64,000 nt of DNA from Cyanophora paradoxa CCMP329 (Eukaryota; Plantae; Glaucophyta). The position numbers were made by a program, and so were the translations under genes. This document shows, piece by piece, positions 11,485 to 23,597 of the stretch; position 1 is the first letter of the stretch; each line of letters begins with the position of its first letter. The notes under the pieces are model-generated. The model did no database searches. It worked only from the letters and a program-made list of their open reading frames with translations, and was not told the DNA's origin. The stretch covers positions 1 to 64,000 of the forward strand of contig QPMI01000190.1 in the NCBI GenBank assembly GCA_004431415.1, given 5' to 3'.

Positions 11485-13456
11485 ATGTTTGTGTCGACCG
11501 GGGTAGAGCGATCTCCGTCCATGTTCGCCCCAGCGCTAGCGAGCTTCCCGGCACCTCCGGCGACGCGATGGCTCATCAATCTTAGTCCACTTGCAGCGCC
11601 TGCCGCCCGGGATCAGCGCCCGCAGCCGGCCCGACGATTACGAGCTGCAGGCGGAGGTCCGGCGGGAGCACGGTTCGAAAGCAGCTATGGGTCTGCGTGC
11701 AGCCGATTCGTTGGCAGGCCCGTGCGCCCTCCAGCGGCGCCGCGTCCGGCGATCACCTCCTCGGCCGAGCTGCGCTGCGAGAGCGCATCGAGTGCGTACG
11801 CGGCGCTCAGAGCTCGTGTACGCGCACTGCGTACTCAACGCTTTGCAGCGTGGACGTTCGTGGAGCTCGAGTGCGCGGAGGGCGTGGACGTGCGCGCTCT
11901 GTGCGACCTCGTGCTCGAGTTGGGCCTCGGGGCGTCTGCGGTGGTCGTCGCCGGCGGAGAGGAGGAGATTTTCCATGAACGGGAGGTTTCCGGCAACGTG
12001 TGGACGGGAGAGGGCGTGAACGCGCCGCCGCCGCCGAAGCTCTGGGAACGGAGCGTCGTGCGCGTCATGCTCTTCCCGCCCCTCGAAGGCACGCCTCCGC
12101 GGCCTCACTCGAGCTCTCCCGCCTTGCTCTCCCGATCCCCGCCTCGGGGGCACTGGGCGGAGGCCCACGCGGGGTGCGCGCGCAGGGGCGCCGGGGGTCC
12201 CGGTGGAGGAGCAGGTGGCGAACATGCTGGAGGCCGTGCAGCTGGGGATGGGCCTCGCCGCCCCGCCCCCGCACCGCGTCGTCGAGGAGCCCGCCATCGA
12301 CTGGGCCCGCCCCGCCCCGCCCGCCCCTCCCCTCCACTCGCCCGGGGCCCAGCGATCGCGAGGCTGATGGGGGCGGCGGGCGCGGGCAGGTGACGGCGGT
12401 GGCGCGGGCGACGTTCGAGCCGATCTGCGTGGACGGCGGCCGCCTGTGGGTCCTCCCTGAGTGGTGGGAGGGGGACGAGCCCCAGGGCGCCCAGCACGTC
12501 ATCCGCCTCGACCCCGGTACCCCCCTCCCCCCCCCCCCCCCCCCCTCTCCCCCTGGCCGACGTGTTGGGCAGGGGCGGCGTTCGGGGACGGGCAGCACCA
12601 GACGACGCGGCTCTGCCTGGAGTGGGCGGTGCGCTCGTACCCCCAGCCCTCGGATTTCTAGGAGGCCCAGGCCTCGTCCTAGGCCTCGTCTTCGAAGCCG
12701 ATTGAAGAGGGGCGGGGGCAGGTGCGGAACGTGCGGGCGGGGGACCGGGTGCTGGACTTCGGCTGCGGGACGGGCATCCTCGCGCTCGGCGCCATGCTCG
12801 CCGGCGCCCGCTCCGCCCACGGCGTCGACATCGAGCCCGAGGCGCGCCACTTTCCACCCGCCCGCCCCTGCCTCGCACTCGCCCCTTCCGACTCGAGCCG
12901 GCAGGCGCTGGAGGCGAGCCGGAGGAACGCGGCGGGGAACGGGTACGCGGATCAGGAGAACGGTCCCCTCCGCTTCTACTCGGGCCCGGCCTTCGACGAG
13001 GCGCGCGCCTCGGGCGCGGGCGCGGGGGAGAAATACGACGTCCTTCTCGGTGCCCTCGGCCCCGACGCGGGCCGAGACTCACGGAAGCTGATCTGCGCGG
13101 CGCGAAGCGAACATTCTCTTTGCTCCCCTCGTCGAGCTCGCCCCCAAGTTCGCCTCGCTCCTCCGCCCCGGCGGCCAGGCCCGCCCCGCCCCGCGCTGGC
13201 GAGCTCGCGTGGGGCGGCGGGTGAGGGCGGGGCGGGCAGATCTGCGTGTCGGGCTTCGTGGTGGCCTCGGCGGAGAAGATCAGCGAGGTGTACGCCGCAA
13301 ACGGCTTCGAGATCACCGAGGCCCGCACCCTCGACGACTGGGTCCGCGCCCCCCCCCGCGCGGCCCCCGCGCGGCCCCGGCGTGTGCGCCAGCCCACGTG
13401 CGCCTCGCGGCCGCCCGCAGGTCTGCCTCGCGGCGACCCGCCGCTCCGATGACTGA
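11485..13456 (+). CDS. prmA: Ribosomal protein L11 methyltransferase, organelle (probably plastid) targeted
   Basis: IRLDPG|[64 protein letters not shown]; long Ala/Ser/Arg-rich N-terminal extension beginning MFV/MFA. Confidence 0.9.
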
Positions 13457-13716
13457 GCCCGAGGCCCTCCCTGCCCCTCTTCGCCCCCGCTTCAAGTTCT
13501 CCTCCCGGCACACTGGTGCTGCTCCCACCGCACACCAGTGCTGCTCCCACGCCCTTGGCCCGCTGCCCGAGGCCAGCTCATGTCTCATCCATCGCTTCGC
13601 AATCGATGTCCAAGGCGAACAGAACTCGGGGTGGCCGAGCTCGGGGCCCGCAGCGCATATTTACAGGGGCGGCGCCCGCCAGCTCCGGCCGAGCGAGTGA
13701 GCTCGAGGGGCGGCAC

Positions 13717-14739
13717 TCAGGCCTTGAGCTGCGGGGCGGCGGGCTTGTCCTTGATGGCGATCTTCTGCTTCTTGGGGACGGCCTGCTGCGGCTTGGCGAC
13801 CTCGATCGTCAGGACGCCGTTGTCGTACTCCGCGTCCACCTTGTCGGGGTTCTCCCGCAGGCCGGGCTGCACGCGCGCAAAAGAGGCCGGAGGCTTCAGC
13901 GCCGCGCTTCCTGCTTGAGCTCGGCGGCCGTGTGCGCACCAGGACGAACTGGCGCATGAAGGTGCCGGCGCGGCGCTCGCGGCGGACATAGTTGCCCTCG
14001 CGCTTCTCCTCCTCCTTGCGCGTCTCCCCGCTGAGCGTGAGCGTGTCCCCGTCCACGTCGATCTTGATCTTGTCCTTGTCCACCTGTCGCGCGGCGTAAG
14101 CTGCAGGCGCCGGCGCGGCGCGGCCCGCGCGTCGACCGCGGAGCTACCCCTGCGCCCCCTCGTCGGACGCGGCTCGTGGCGCGCTGCGGGCGCTGTACGT
14201 ATACCTGGGAGTTCGGCGTGGACGATGTACTTGTTGTCAGTCTGCAAGCGGTGGGCTTGAGGAAGAGATCGAGCGCAGCTCTTGCAAATTGCAGCTGCGC
14301 ACCTCGCGGAGGTCGGCGCGCGGGTGCCAGTCCACGAGGGGTCCGACTGGCGTTGGCATGGTGAGCTCGCGGTTGAAGTCCGAGAAACCTGCGCGCGCGC
14401 ACGCGCGCGCGCGTAAGCGAAGTCGACGTCGACGCGTTGAGCTCGAGAGGCGCTTACCGGGAAGTCCCAGGGCGCGATTCTGGTTGAGGACGCCGCTGAC
14501 TCGATTCCAAAGATCGTTGATGCCGCGGCGCCTGCGAAGTCGAGCCATCAAATTCTTCGAAGTTTCGAATTTAACTTCGATGCTTTGAGGGCGCGCGTGT
14601 CGGCGCGAGGGGAGAGCGGGTGGCGGAGCGAACGAATGCGATATGCGACGCGCGCGGACGACAATTGCAATTACGTAAACGACGGACGACAGTTCGAAGG
14701 GCGCGCACGGATCGCTGATGTCGCCACCGAGGACATCAT
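13717..14739 (-). CDS. Small heat-shock protein (Hsp20/alpha-crystallin), probably mitochondrial
   Basis: WHPRADLRE|TDNKYIVHAELPG|VDKDKIKIDVDGDTLTLSGE..RRERRAGTFMRQFVLP..KVDAEYDNGVLTIEVAK; predicted exon 1 MMSSVATSAIRARPSNCRPSFT|RRG looks like a presequence (alternative ATG at 14548). Confidence 0.9.
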
Positions 14740-15048
14740 CAAACACGCGATCGACATCCCTCTGAATCCTGGATTCGAAGGTGATCCGAAGTCAGTTCGA
14801 ATTCCGGCCAAACGGGACAATAATCGGGCGTACGCACATCGCGAACGGGTCGCGCGAATACTGCTGCATGGCCATGGTGCGATCGGCGAGGATCGAAGCT
14901 GGATCACCGGTACCTCAGCTGGTTTTAGGGGGGGGGGGGTCGGGAGGGGTGCAGCATTTCCAACCCTTCGACCTGCAGAACCGCCCAGCGACGCAACGGG
15001 CAGCCAAGAGCGCAGAGATTTAGACTCAGCACCCGCTGCTTGAGGGTC

Positions 15049-16084
15049 ATGGGAAACGCGGCCGGGCTCGCGCGGACGGGCAGCCGCCCCGCTTACGGGC
15101 AGCCGGCCTACGACATAGCGGAGAACATCGTTAACTACATTAAGACAGAGTTCAACCGAGTGCGCTCCGGAGACAACAGCTACGTGGTGAGCCCGCCGCT
15201 CGCTTTTGCTGGCCCCATCAGCCCACCGCCCCGCCGCCGCAGGTGTTAGAAGAGTTGCTGCGGATGAAGCCTCTGCGTGAGATTCCAATTGAGTTCACCC
15301 ACCTGGGAACGCTGTTCGTGCTGGACAGGTCTGCCGCCTGGTCAGCGCTGCCCGCCGGCTCTGACGCAGTCGCGGCTCGCAGCAATCGTGACGGCAGGAT
15401 AACTCTGGACGAGCTCTTTGCCTTCGCCGAGATCTTCGGCAAGCGCCAGCGGCTCTACAAAGCGCACGAGTACGAGGCGTGTGAGGCGTAGCCTGGCCTG
15501 CTCTGGCGCGTGCCTCTGGCGCGCCCCTGAGCGCCCCCACAGATGCAAATGCGGGCCTACTGCACGCTGCGCATGTGGAGTGTGGTCTCCGCACCGGGGG
15601 GGATCGACTCCTTCGTCGACTGGTGCGCACGCCCTGCCCCCGCGGCCGCAGCACTGGCCCGGGGCCGAGGGGCGGGGGCGGGCAGGATGTGCAACCTGTT
15701 CAGCGAGAGCATGCCGGTGCAGCACTTCGAGCGGCACCCGGACGAGGTCTTCCTGAACCGGGACGTGGTGAAGACGATGCACGAGATCCTCACCGTCAAG
15801 GCCTCCTACGGCATCGAGTTCCAGGACTTCTTCGACCTCATGCAGCGCGTCGCCGAGGAGATGGTGCCCCGCTCCCCCCACGCCCCGTGCCCCGCGCATC
15901 CCCCGCCCCCTCGCCGGCCGACAGGCGCCTGGGGCACGGCCAGGGGGCGATGAACCTGGAGGAGGACGAGCTGGACGACGTGGTCCCCGTCTCCGTGCTG
16001 CGCCTCTTCTGCGCCGACTTCGCCCGCGGCTTCGTCCGCCTCATGGCCGAGCTCGGCTTCCCCGACAAGTTCGAGTTCGAGTAG
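15049..16084 (+). CDS. EF-hand protein with an N-myristoylation-type start
   Basis: MGNAA start; EF loop LD|SNRDGRITLDEL; six exons join in frame; stop TAG at 16082-16084. Confidence 0.8.
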
Positions 16085-16517
16085 CCCCCCACCAGTCCCC
16101 CCCGCGAACAAAGGACTCCACGCCGCCGGCAGGCCCCATCTCTGGTGCGCCCGCTCCCGCTCCATCCCTTCCCGAAACCACTCGTACAACGCTCATCCCT
16201 GGGGCGGCGCAGGTGGCGACCGATGCAGGCGGCGATAGCCGGCGAGCGTCGCCCTGCAGCCTTCGCGAAGAGGCGGCCCCTCGCCCTCGGACCACGAGCG
16301 ACAGCCCATACGCAGCATCGTCGACGGCGCTGCGCGATCGAGCGAGCCGAACCAGCCAGAAACCCAGCGCATCGCCTCTCCCTCGTGGCGTGCGGTTTCG
16401 CCGCACCGTGGCAGCCGGCCGGCGCTGGGCTCGGCCGTGTAGTGCGGTGCAGCACCTGTACGATTACGGAGAGCTTCTATCGATAGCCTACCCTACAACA
16501 ATAGTGGAAAAAGCGAG

Positions 16518-17775
16518 TTATATGAGCTGCAGGGGGCGGGGGAGGGAGGGAGGGGGGGGGGGGGGGGGTGCGAGTGAGCGCTGGAGAAAGTGCGAAGGAG
16601 CGGGGAGGGGCGGGGCGGACCTTCTTCGCCATGAAGAACTTGCGCATGTAGAAGCTCTGCGGGGGCGCACGGGCGAGGAGGCTCGGCGGCAGGGGTGGCG
16701 GGAGGGCGGGGCAATGGCGGAAGGAGAACCTGGTAGACGCCGAGGCCGATGAGGACGCAGATGGAGAAGACCGAGAACCAGGCGACGCGCGCGTTTGTCG
16801 ACTCTGCGGCGCCCCGGGGCGTCAGCGGGCGGCAGCGAGGGCGCGGCGCGGCGCGGGGGCGGGCTGCGGGCGCGCCGTTGGTGTCGCGGAGGTAGGCCTC
16901 GCGCTCCTTCATGTACTCCATCTCGCGCTGGATCTCGTTCACAACGTCCTCCATCCGCCGCAGGTGCACCTCCAGCGCTGCCCGCAGTCACGCCCCGCGC
17001 CGCTGCAGAGGAACGGCAGGCGGTGCGGCCGGGCGGCGGCGCACGCTTGAGGTTCTCCTTGCGCGCGATCTCGGCGTAGTCCTTCGCCGCCAGGCCGGTC
17101 TTGAAGATGACTCCGATGCGGGCCGACCCGGACGGGTGCTGGTCTGCACGCCGCTCAGCGCGCGCTTTCAAAGCAGCGCAGGAGACTGGGCCGCACTGTG
17201 GGCGGCCTTGTTGTAGAAGCTGCGTGCCGGCGTCAGGTTTTGAGTTTGACTTGGGCGCGGAACGCGAAGCGGGGCGCACCAGAACTTGTGGTCGCCGGCG
17301 TAGCTCGTCTCAAACGTGAAACGGCCCTCGTCCGCCTTGTCTCGCCGGTGCTTGATGCTGCGCGGTGCGATGACAGTTTGAGGCGGCTAATGTGGTCGGC
17401 CCTGCTTGGCGCAAGGAACGGCGACGCGCGCGCACCCATTCGAGGGATCAGTCACGCTGCACATGCAGAGCGGAAATGAGCGACGGGCGGCGGGCGGCGA
17501 ACAGGCCCAACGGGCGAATGACAGCCACCAGCTCGCACCTGACCTCGATCTCCATTCCAGGGCCCGGCTGCGTGAAGTACTCACCGAAGACAAACGTGTT
17601 CGCCTGCCGCACGGCTCAGAGCGCGCTGGCGCCGGGCGGCCGGCCAGCGGACCGGGATCTCCTCGTGCAGACATTTGAACGAGTGCACAGGCACATCAAA
17701 CTGCATCGGGTTGCTGGCGAGCGCCAGCTGGAGCGCCACGAGGGCCAGGAGGCCGACAAGGACGCGGCGCTCCAT
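16518..17775 (-). CDS. p24/emp24 GOLD-domain cargo receptor (p24delta/TMED10-like)
   Basis: Signal peptide; GOLD-domain Cys pair (KCLHEEI..HKFCF); KENLKPLEVHLRRMED..MKEREAYLRDTNESTNARVAWFS; transmembrane segment; C-terminal FFMAKK|LI* (KKxx). Confidence 0.92.
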
Positions 17776-17939
17776 CTTGTTTCTCGTCTACCCCCCTGGC
17801 CTGAAACTTCGAAACGCAACGCGCGACTCAGCGACTTGCGCAGTGTCTTGATTTCCAGCTCTTCCCAAAGTTTGACCAATAAGCAAATGCCTATCTAAAG
17901 CCGCCCCTGGCTGGGGGCGGGGCGGGGCGGGGGCGCTGC

Positions 17940-19710
17940 TCAGGCGTCCTTCTTGGTCTCGCCGCCGGCGGCCATGCGGGCCTTCTTGCGGAGGGCCAGG
18001 CCGCTGCGCCGGGAGGGGGCGTCAGGCAGACGGGGCGGGCGGCGGGACGGGGTGGAGCGGGCGGGTTCACAAGGAGGTGAGGTGGCTCAGGGGGCGGCGG
18101 AGGCGAGCATGGGCGCGGTCGCCGACTCGGAGGCGAGGCGGGCCTTGCGCTTAAGGGCGAGCCCCCTATCGGACGGGCTGGTCTGCTGGGGCGGCGCGGG
18201 GCGCGGGGCCGGCGCACCGGAGCTTCTTGTGCAGGCCGAGCACGTGCCAGTCGAGGAGGAACTTGGGCACGGAGCCCGTGACGCCGCTGCGCGCGGCCCG
18301 TCAGCGCGGCCCCCTGGAAGGCGTCAGCCAAGGCGGGGGCGGGCGGGGCGGACTCCATGAGGGCGTGGGCCCAGTAGGGGTTGAACTCGATGGCGTAGCC
18401 GAGCTTGTTGAGGGTGCCGGCAGCGACGGCGGCCGGCTGGGGCACGGTCAGCGACGCCCGCTTGATCTTCGACATCGCCGACACGACGTAGTACGGCTTG
18501 ATGTACACGCAGTCCACCTCGCCCTTGTACCTGCGCGGCGCCGTCAGCGAAGGGCAGCCCCGGCCGTGCGGAGGGCGGGGTGAGAGGGGGGGGGGGGGGG
18601 GAGGGGGGGTAGGGGGGGGCGGACTCGGCGGCGAGGGCCTCGGTCATGGTGCGGAGGTAGGCCTTGGAGCCGGCGTACGAGGCGAGCAGCGGGGCGCCCA
18701 CCGTGGCGGAGCCGGAGCCGACGTTCACGATCAGGCCCTTGAAGTTCCTGGCCCCGCCCCCGCCCCCGTCGGCGGTGGCGTGTTGGGCGGCGGCGCTGGG
18801 TGCGGGGGCGCGGGCGGACGACTTGCGGATGATGGGGAGGCAGCGGCGGGTCATCTCGGTGGCGGCGAAGACGTTGAGGTTGACCACGTTGCTGATCGTG
18901 TCCCGCGGCACCTCGTGCAGGAACATGTGGTGCTCGTAGTTCGTCCCCGCGTTGTTCACTGCCCCGCCCCCCCGTCGGACCACGCGCACCGGGCGCCAGC
19001 GCCGCGCCGCGGAGCGCGGGCCGGCGCACCGAGGCAGGTGATGCCGAGCTTCTCAATCTCGGGCTGGACGCGGTTCTCCCACAGCGAGTTGTCCGGGTTG
19101 CACAGGTCCGCCGCAAGGACCTTGACCTGCACCTTGTACTTCTTCTCTGCGGCGCCGCTCGCACCGGGCGCGCGCAAGGCGCGAGTTGGAGCTAATGGCG
19201 AGCGCACCGATGTCGGCCTTGACCTCGTTCAGGCGCGACTCCGTGCGCGAAATGATCAGAAGGTTGAAGCCCTTCTTGGCGAGCTGGCTCGCGAAGGCCT
19301 TGCCGATGCCGTCCGAAGCGCCAGTCACGACTGGGCGGTGGTCGGTCGCAGGTGGCGGTGCGGCGGCAGGGATCAACGCCCGCACCGGCCCATGCGCCCT
19401 TGCGCGCGCCGTACTTGCCGAGGCCGCTCAGGAAGCTCGGGCGGAAGCACTGGAGCCAGAAGAAGGAAAGAATCGAGAGGGCAAACTTGCCGACGACAAT
19501 GCCGCCAACGATGGCGAAGGCCTTCGTGGCGTTCTGCGCAGCGGCGGAGGGCGTGCGGTTAGCGCGCGTTGGAGGTCCAATCAGGCGCCAAACTGCCGGC
19601 ACGGCGAGGGCGCGCACGAAGTCGGTGAACCAGTTGACCACCTCGCGTTGAACATCCTCCGGGCGAACAGACAGCAGCTGGCGCTTAGCCGACGCCACGA
19701 ACGCCTCCAT
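17940..19710 (-). CDS. SDR, very-long-chain 3-oxoacyl-CoA reductase (KCR/17beta-HSD12-like)
   Basis: N-terminal transmembrane segment; [48 protein letters not shown]; C-terminal KKDA* ER-retrieval signal. Confidence 0.9.
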
Positions 19711-19878
19711 TTTTTTCCGACACGAACGCCTCTACCCAGATGCGCTAACTTGGAAGCAGGGCAGACAGCACGGAGCAGCCTCGAAGGCACATCTTCTCGA
19801 CACTCATCGACTGCAAAGGAAGCAGGAAGCAGCGCGAAAGCAGGAAGCAGTCGGAAAGCAGGTAGCAGCTAGAGAGCG

Positions 19879-22800
19879 ATGGCGGCAGTAGCCACCGCGT
19901 CTCTGCCGTCCGTATCTCTAGCAGAGAGCGTGCAGAGCGCGTTGGGACACGCTATGGCGCCAGCACCGCCGCCCCCGCCACCCAAGCCCGGCGCGACAAT
20001 GCACGGCACGCAGACAGGCAGCCCCGGGCAGAGTCAGTCCTTTAAAGGCGTGGACTTCGCGAAGATCCTGGACATCTTCACAAACAAGCACTCGGCGGAG
20101 CTGCACGACCGGCAGGTGGCAGCGCTGGAGAAGATCTGGAGGCGGTGCCAGTCCGGAATCATATCCTTGAGCCTAGCTACGAAGCCTCTGTGCCGCCTCG
20201 CGCCCCCGCTGCTGGCCCTGACCCGCGCGCACGTCGTAAAGGACCTGCCGCAGCTTCAGGAGGTCATGCGGCTCTCGGCGGCGCGCATCTCGGCGGGGCA
20301 CGCGCAGTTCGTGGAGCCATTCTGCAGGATACTCCTCCTCTGCGCCGTGCCCTTCGTCAAGGAGTTCGCGCACGAGGAGCTGACGGGCGTCGAGGACGTC
20401 TGCTCGACGATAGCCACTGTCGGGCGCATGCTCTCGTGCCCCGAGCCGCAGGTCCAGATGCAGGCAGCCAACGTGCGCGCCCCGCCCCGCCCCGCCCCGC
20501 CCCGCCCCGCCCGGCGGCGGCCCCAGCGGCGGCCCTGGCGGGCCCGCGGCCCCCGCGCGCCGGCCGGGGCTGACGAGGGCGGGGCGCGGGGCGCAGACGC
20601 TGATCGCGGTGGCGTCGCTGATGCGGCGGAAGCCGACGGTGGAGACGGACGGGGAGCTGGTGCGGCAGGCGCTGCTCGTGACGCCGCGCATGGTCCTGGA
20701 GAGCGGCGTCGTGGAGGCCGTCGTCGCCGCGCTGCGGGCCGAGCAGCACGCTGGCGTCCAGCTCGCCATCGTCCGCTGCCTCCGCGAGTTCTCCTACGCC
20801 GACGACCTCTGCCCCCAGATCACCCAGGGCGCGCCCCCGCTGCCCCCGCCCCCCCTCCCCTCCCTGCCGGGGCGGGCGGGGGTGCTGAGGGGACTGGGCG
20901 GGGGTAGCGGGGGCGCTGGAGCTGGTGGTGAACTTCCTGCAGCTGGACTTCGAGCACGAGGGCATCCCCGTCGTCGTCGAGCTGCTCTGGAACGTCCTCG
21001 AGTCCGACCCGGAGTCCCGCGCCGTCCTCGGCTCCTGGCACGCCGTCAACACCCTCAAGGAGCTCGCCGCCCGCGTCTTCTGCGACGGCTACCGCACCAA
21101 GCACAAGGAGCTCCGCAACGAGCTCCTCATCGTGCGGCCCCCCCCTCCCCCTCCCCCGCGCGCGTCCGGGCGGGAGCGACGGCGGCGTGATGCCGGCGGC
21201 CTGCAGATCGCGACGCTGCTGGCGTACCACGGGGAGAACCGGAAGTACTTCCTCGAGACGGGCTTCCTCGAGCTCCTCCTCGTCTTCTCCACGGCCGCCG
21301 AGCTCGAGCTGCGGCACGAGGCCGTCCGCCCGCACTTCCTCGCGACGGGCGCGGCGGAGCTGGAGACGCGGAAGTGGATGTGGGGCCTGCTCTCGATGCT
21401 GAGCACGCACGGGGCGTCGCTGGAGGGGATCGTGCGGGGCGAGCTCCTCCGCGTCCTCCTCCTCTACCTCGAGGGCCCCGAGGCGCAGGCCGCGAGCGCC
21501 CTCCCCAAGTGGACCCCCGCCCAGCTCCGCGACCTCCAGGCCACCGCCCTCTCCGTCCTCTTCGCCCTCGTGCCCCTCTGCGGGGAGGAGTTCCAGCGCC
21601 TCGGGGGCCCCCGCCTGCTCCTCGCCTTCCTCGCCGCCCAGGCCCGCCCCGACGGCGACGCCCGCCTCCGGCAGCGCGCCCTCGCCCTCCTCGTCAACGT
21701 CGCGCCGCTGCCGGGCTTCGGGCTGGAGCTGGGGCGGCTGGGGGCGCTGCCCCTCATGCTGGGGCTGGCGGGGGACCCCTCGCAGGCCTACGTCGCCCGC
21801 CAGGACGCCGTCTCCGTGGTCGCCCTGCTCTGCGACGGCTGCGACGAGAACAAGTACGCGCTCGGCAAGGAGGGCGGCGTCCCCCTCCTCTCCTCCCACC
21901 TCCGCTGGGGGCCCGGCGAGGGCGGCCAGCGGGAGCAGCTCGTCACCGCCGTCGTCGACTGCGTGTGGCGCGCCGTCGTCGGGCACCCGCGCAACGAGGC
22001 CCGCTTCCTCAACGCCAACGGCGCGCCCCCGCCCGCCCTCGCTCGCTCGCTGGCTGGCGGGGCGGGGGTCTGAGGGGGCGGGACAGGGCTGGCGGCGCTG
22101 CTGGACCTGCTGGACGACTGCCCGGAGCTGATGCGCTTCCAGGTGATGGGCTGCCTCGCCGACCTCCTCGAGAACCCCGAGGCCCGCGACCTCTTCTTCC
22201 ACTGGCGCTCCCGCCGCTCCGCCCGCACCGCCGTCCGCCTGCTCCTCGCCTTCTGGGAGGAGGAGGAGGCCAAGTTCGGCATCGCCGACGACCGCGGCCT
22301 CCTCGCCAACAGCGAGGCGCCCCTCGAGGGCACCCGCGTCCCCCTCGAGGTCCCCGGCGGCACCGGCGCCGCCCTCCCCTCCGCCACCCTCCGCTCCCTC
22401 GCCCGCGCCCCCTCCGGCGCCTCCCTCCGCTCCTCCGCCCCCGCCCCCGCCCCCGCCCCCGCCCTCGGCGCCGCGGCGGCGGCGGGGCCCTCGGGCTACG
22501 CGGGCGGCGACGCGGGGGCTGCTGCGGGGGGCGGGAGCGGGTCGGCGTCGGCGCGGAGCGGGGCGGGGAGCGACAGCGTGGAGCGGCTGTACAGCCAGGA
22601 CATCAAGACGAAGATCTACTGCATCTTCCGGCGGGTCGGCTTCGAGCGGACGGAGGGCCTGGAGGCGCGGCAGCGGATGACGCTCGCCCTCGTGGAGCGC
22701 TACCTCGAGTTCCGGGAGGGGGAGGTCTGGCGCGAGATCCGCGCCGAGCTCGACGCCGAGGGGACGCGCCCCGTCTCCCCCGACGCCGCCCGCCTCGAGG

Positions 22801-23420
22801 CCGCCATCGCGCGGGACCTGGAGGCGGCGGGGCGGGTGCAGGCCGCCCAGGGCTCCCACCTGGAGGCGGTGACGGCGACGCGGCTCGCCGAGGAGCGCGA
22901 CTTCTACCGCGGCATCGTCGAGCGGGCGCGGGAGGGCGCCTCGGGGGGCCCCGCCGACTCCAAGGTCGCCTCCCGCCTCATCCCCGCCCTCACCTTCGCC
23001 GCCCGCCAGGAGGCCAAGGTCCGCCCCGAGCGCCGCCCCCGCCCGCGCCCTTGCTCGGCCCTCATCGGCGGCGCGCAGGCGAAGAAGGCCGAGATGCTGG
23101 CGCGCTCGCGCAAGGCGTACGTCGGCCCCCAGGAGGAGGCCGACGAGGGCCACGCGGCGCACGGCTCGGGGGCCCACTCGGCGCGCAGCCACTCCTCGCA
23201 GCGCGCCACGCAGCGCGCCTCGGGCGCCGGGCAGGGGCCCCGCGGCGACCTCGGCTCGGCGCGCTCGCAGCGCTCCAACGCGACGGCGACGCGCTCCTCG
23301 CGGGCCCCCGCGGGGGCCGGCACCGGCCGCACCGGCCGCCGCGACTCGCACGCCAGCAGCCGCAGCCCCAACCCCCGCAACGACTCCTCCTCCTCCCTCC
23401 TCCCCCGCAACCACGCCTAG
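19879..23420 (+). CDS. CFAP69: Cilia- and flagella-associated protein 69-like ARM-repeat protein
   Basis: VDFAKILDIFT..HSAELHDRQ..; LCAVPFVKE; VVELLWNVLE; GYRTKHKELRNELLI; VDCVWRAVVG..NEARFL..GL..LLDLL; YLEFREGEVW..I..EL. Family assigned from recalled motif pattern. Confidence 0.75.
20161..20232 (+). other. U12-type (minor spliceosome) AT-AC intron
   Basis: Begins ATATCCTTG, has CCCTGAC about 10 nt before the terminal AC, 72 nt long; removal gives SGI|VVKDLPQL. Confidence 0.8.
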
Positions 23421-23597
23421 CCCTCGATCCGCCACCGCCCACCCCTCTCGCTCCGCACGCCCGCCCCTCCCCCCCTTTCCCTTCCCTTCGTGCAGCATGT
23501 AGCCAGGCATGCGCACTGGAATAGAGCAGCGAGCTTTTTGAGTGGAGGAAGGGGATGCGCAGGGAGGGGGCTGGTGGGCTGAGGTGGGGATCTGCGG

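Noticed and set aside
14551-14570. Heat-shock element near Hsp20
   Set aside because: Only two nGAAn units are in register, and it lies in the predicted first intron.
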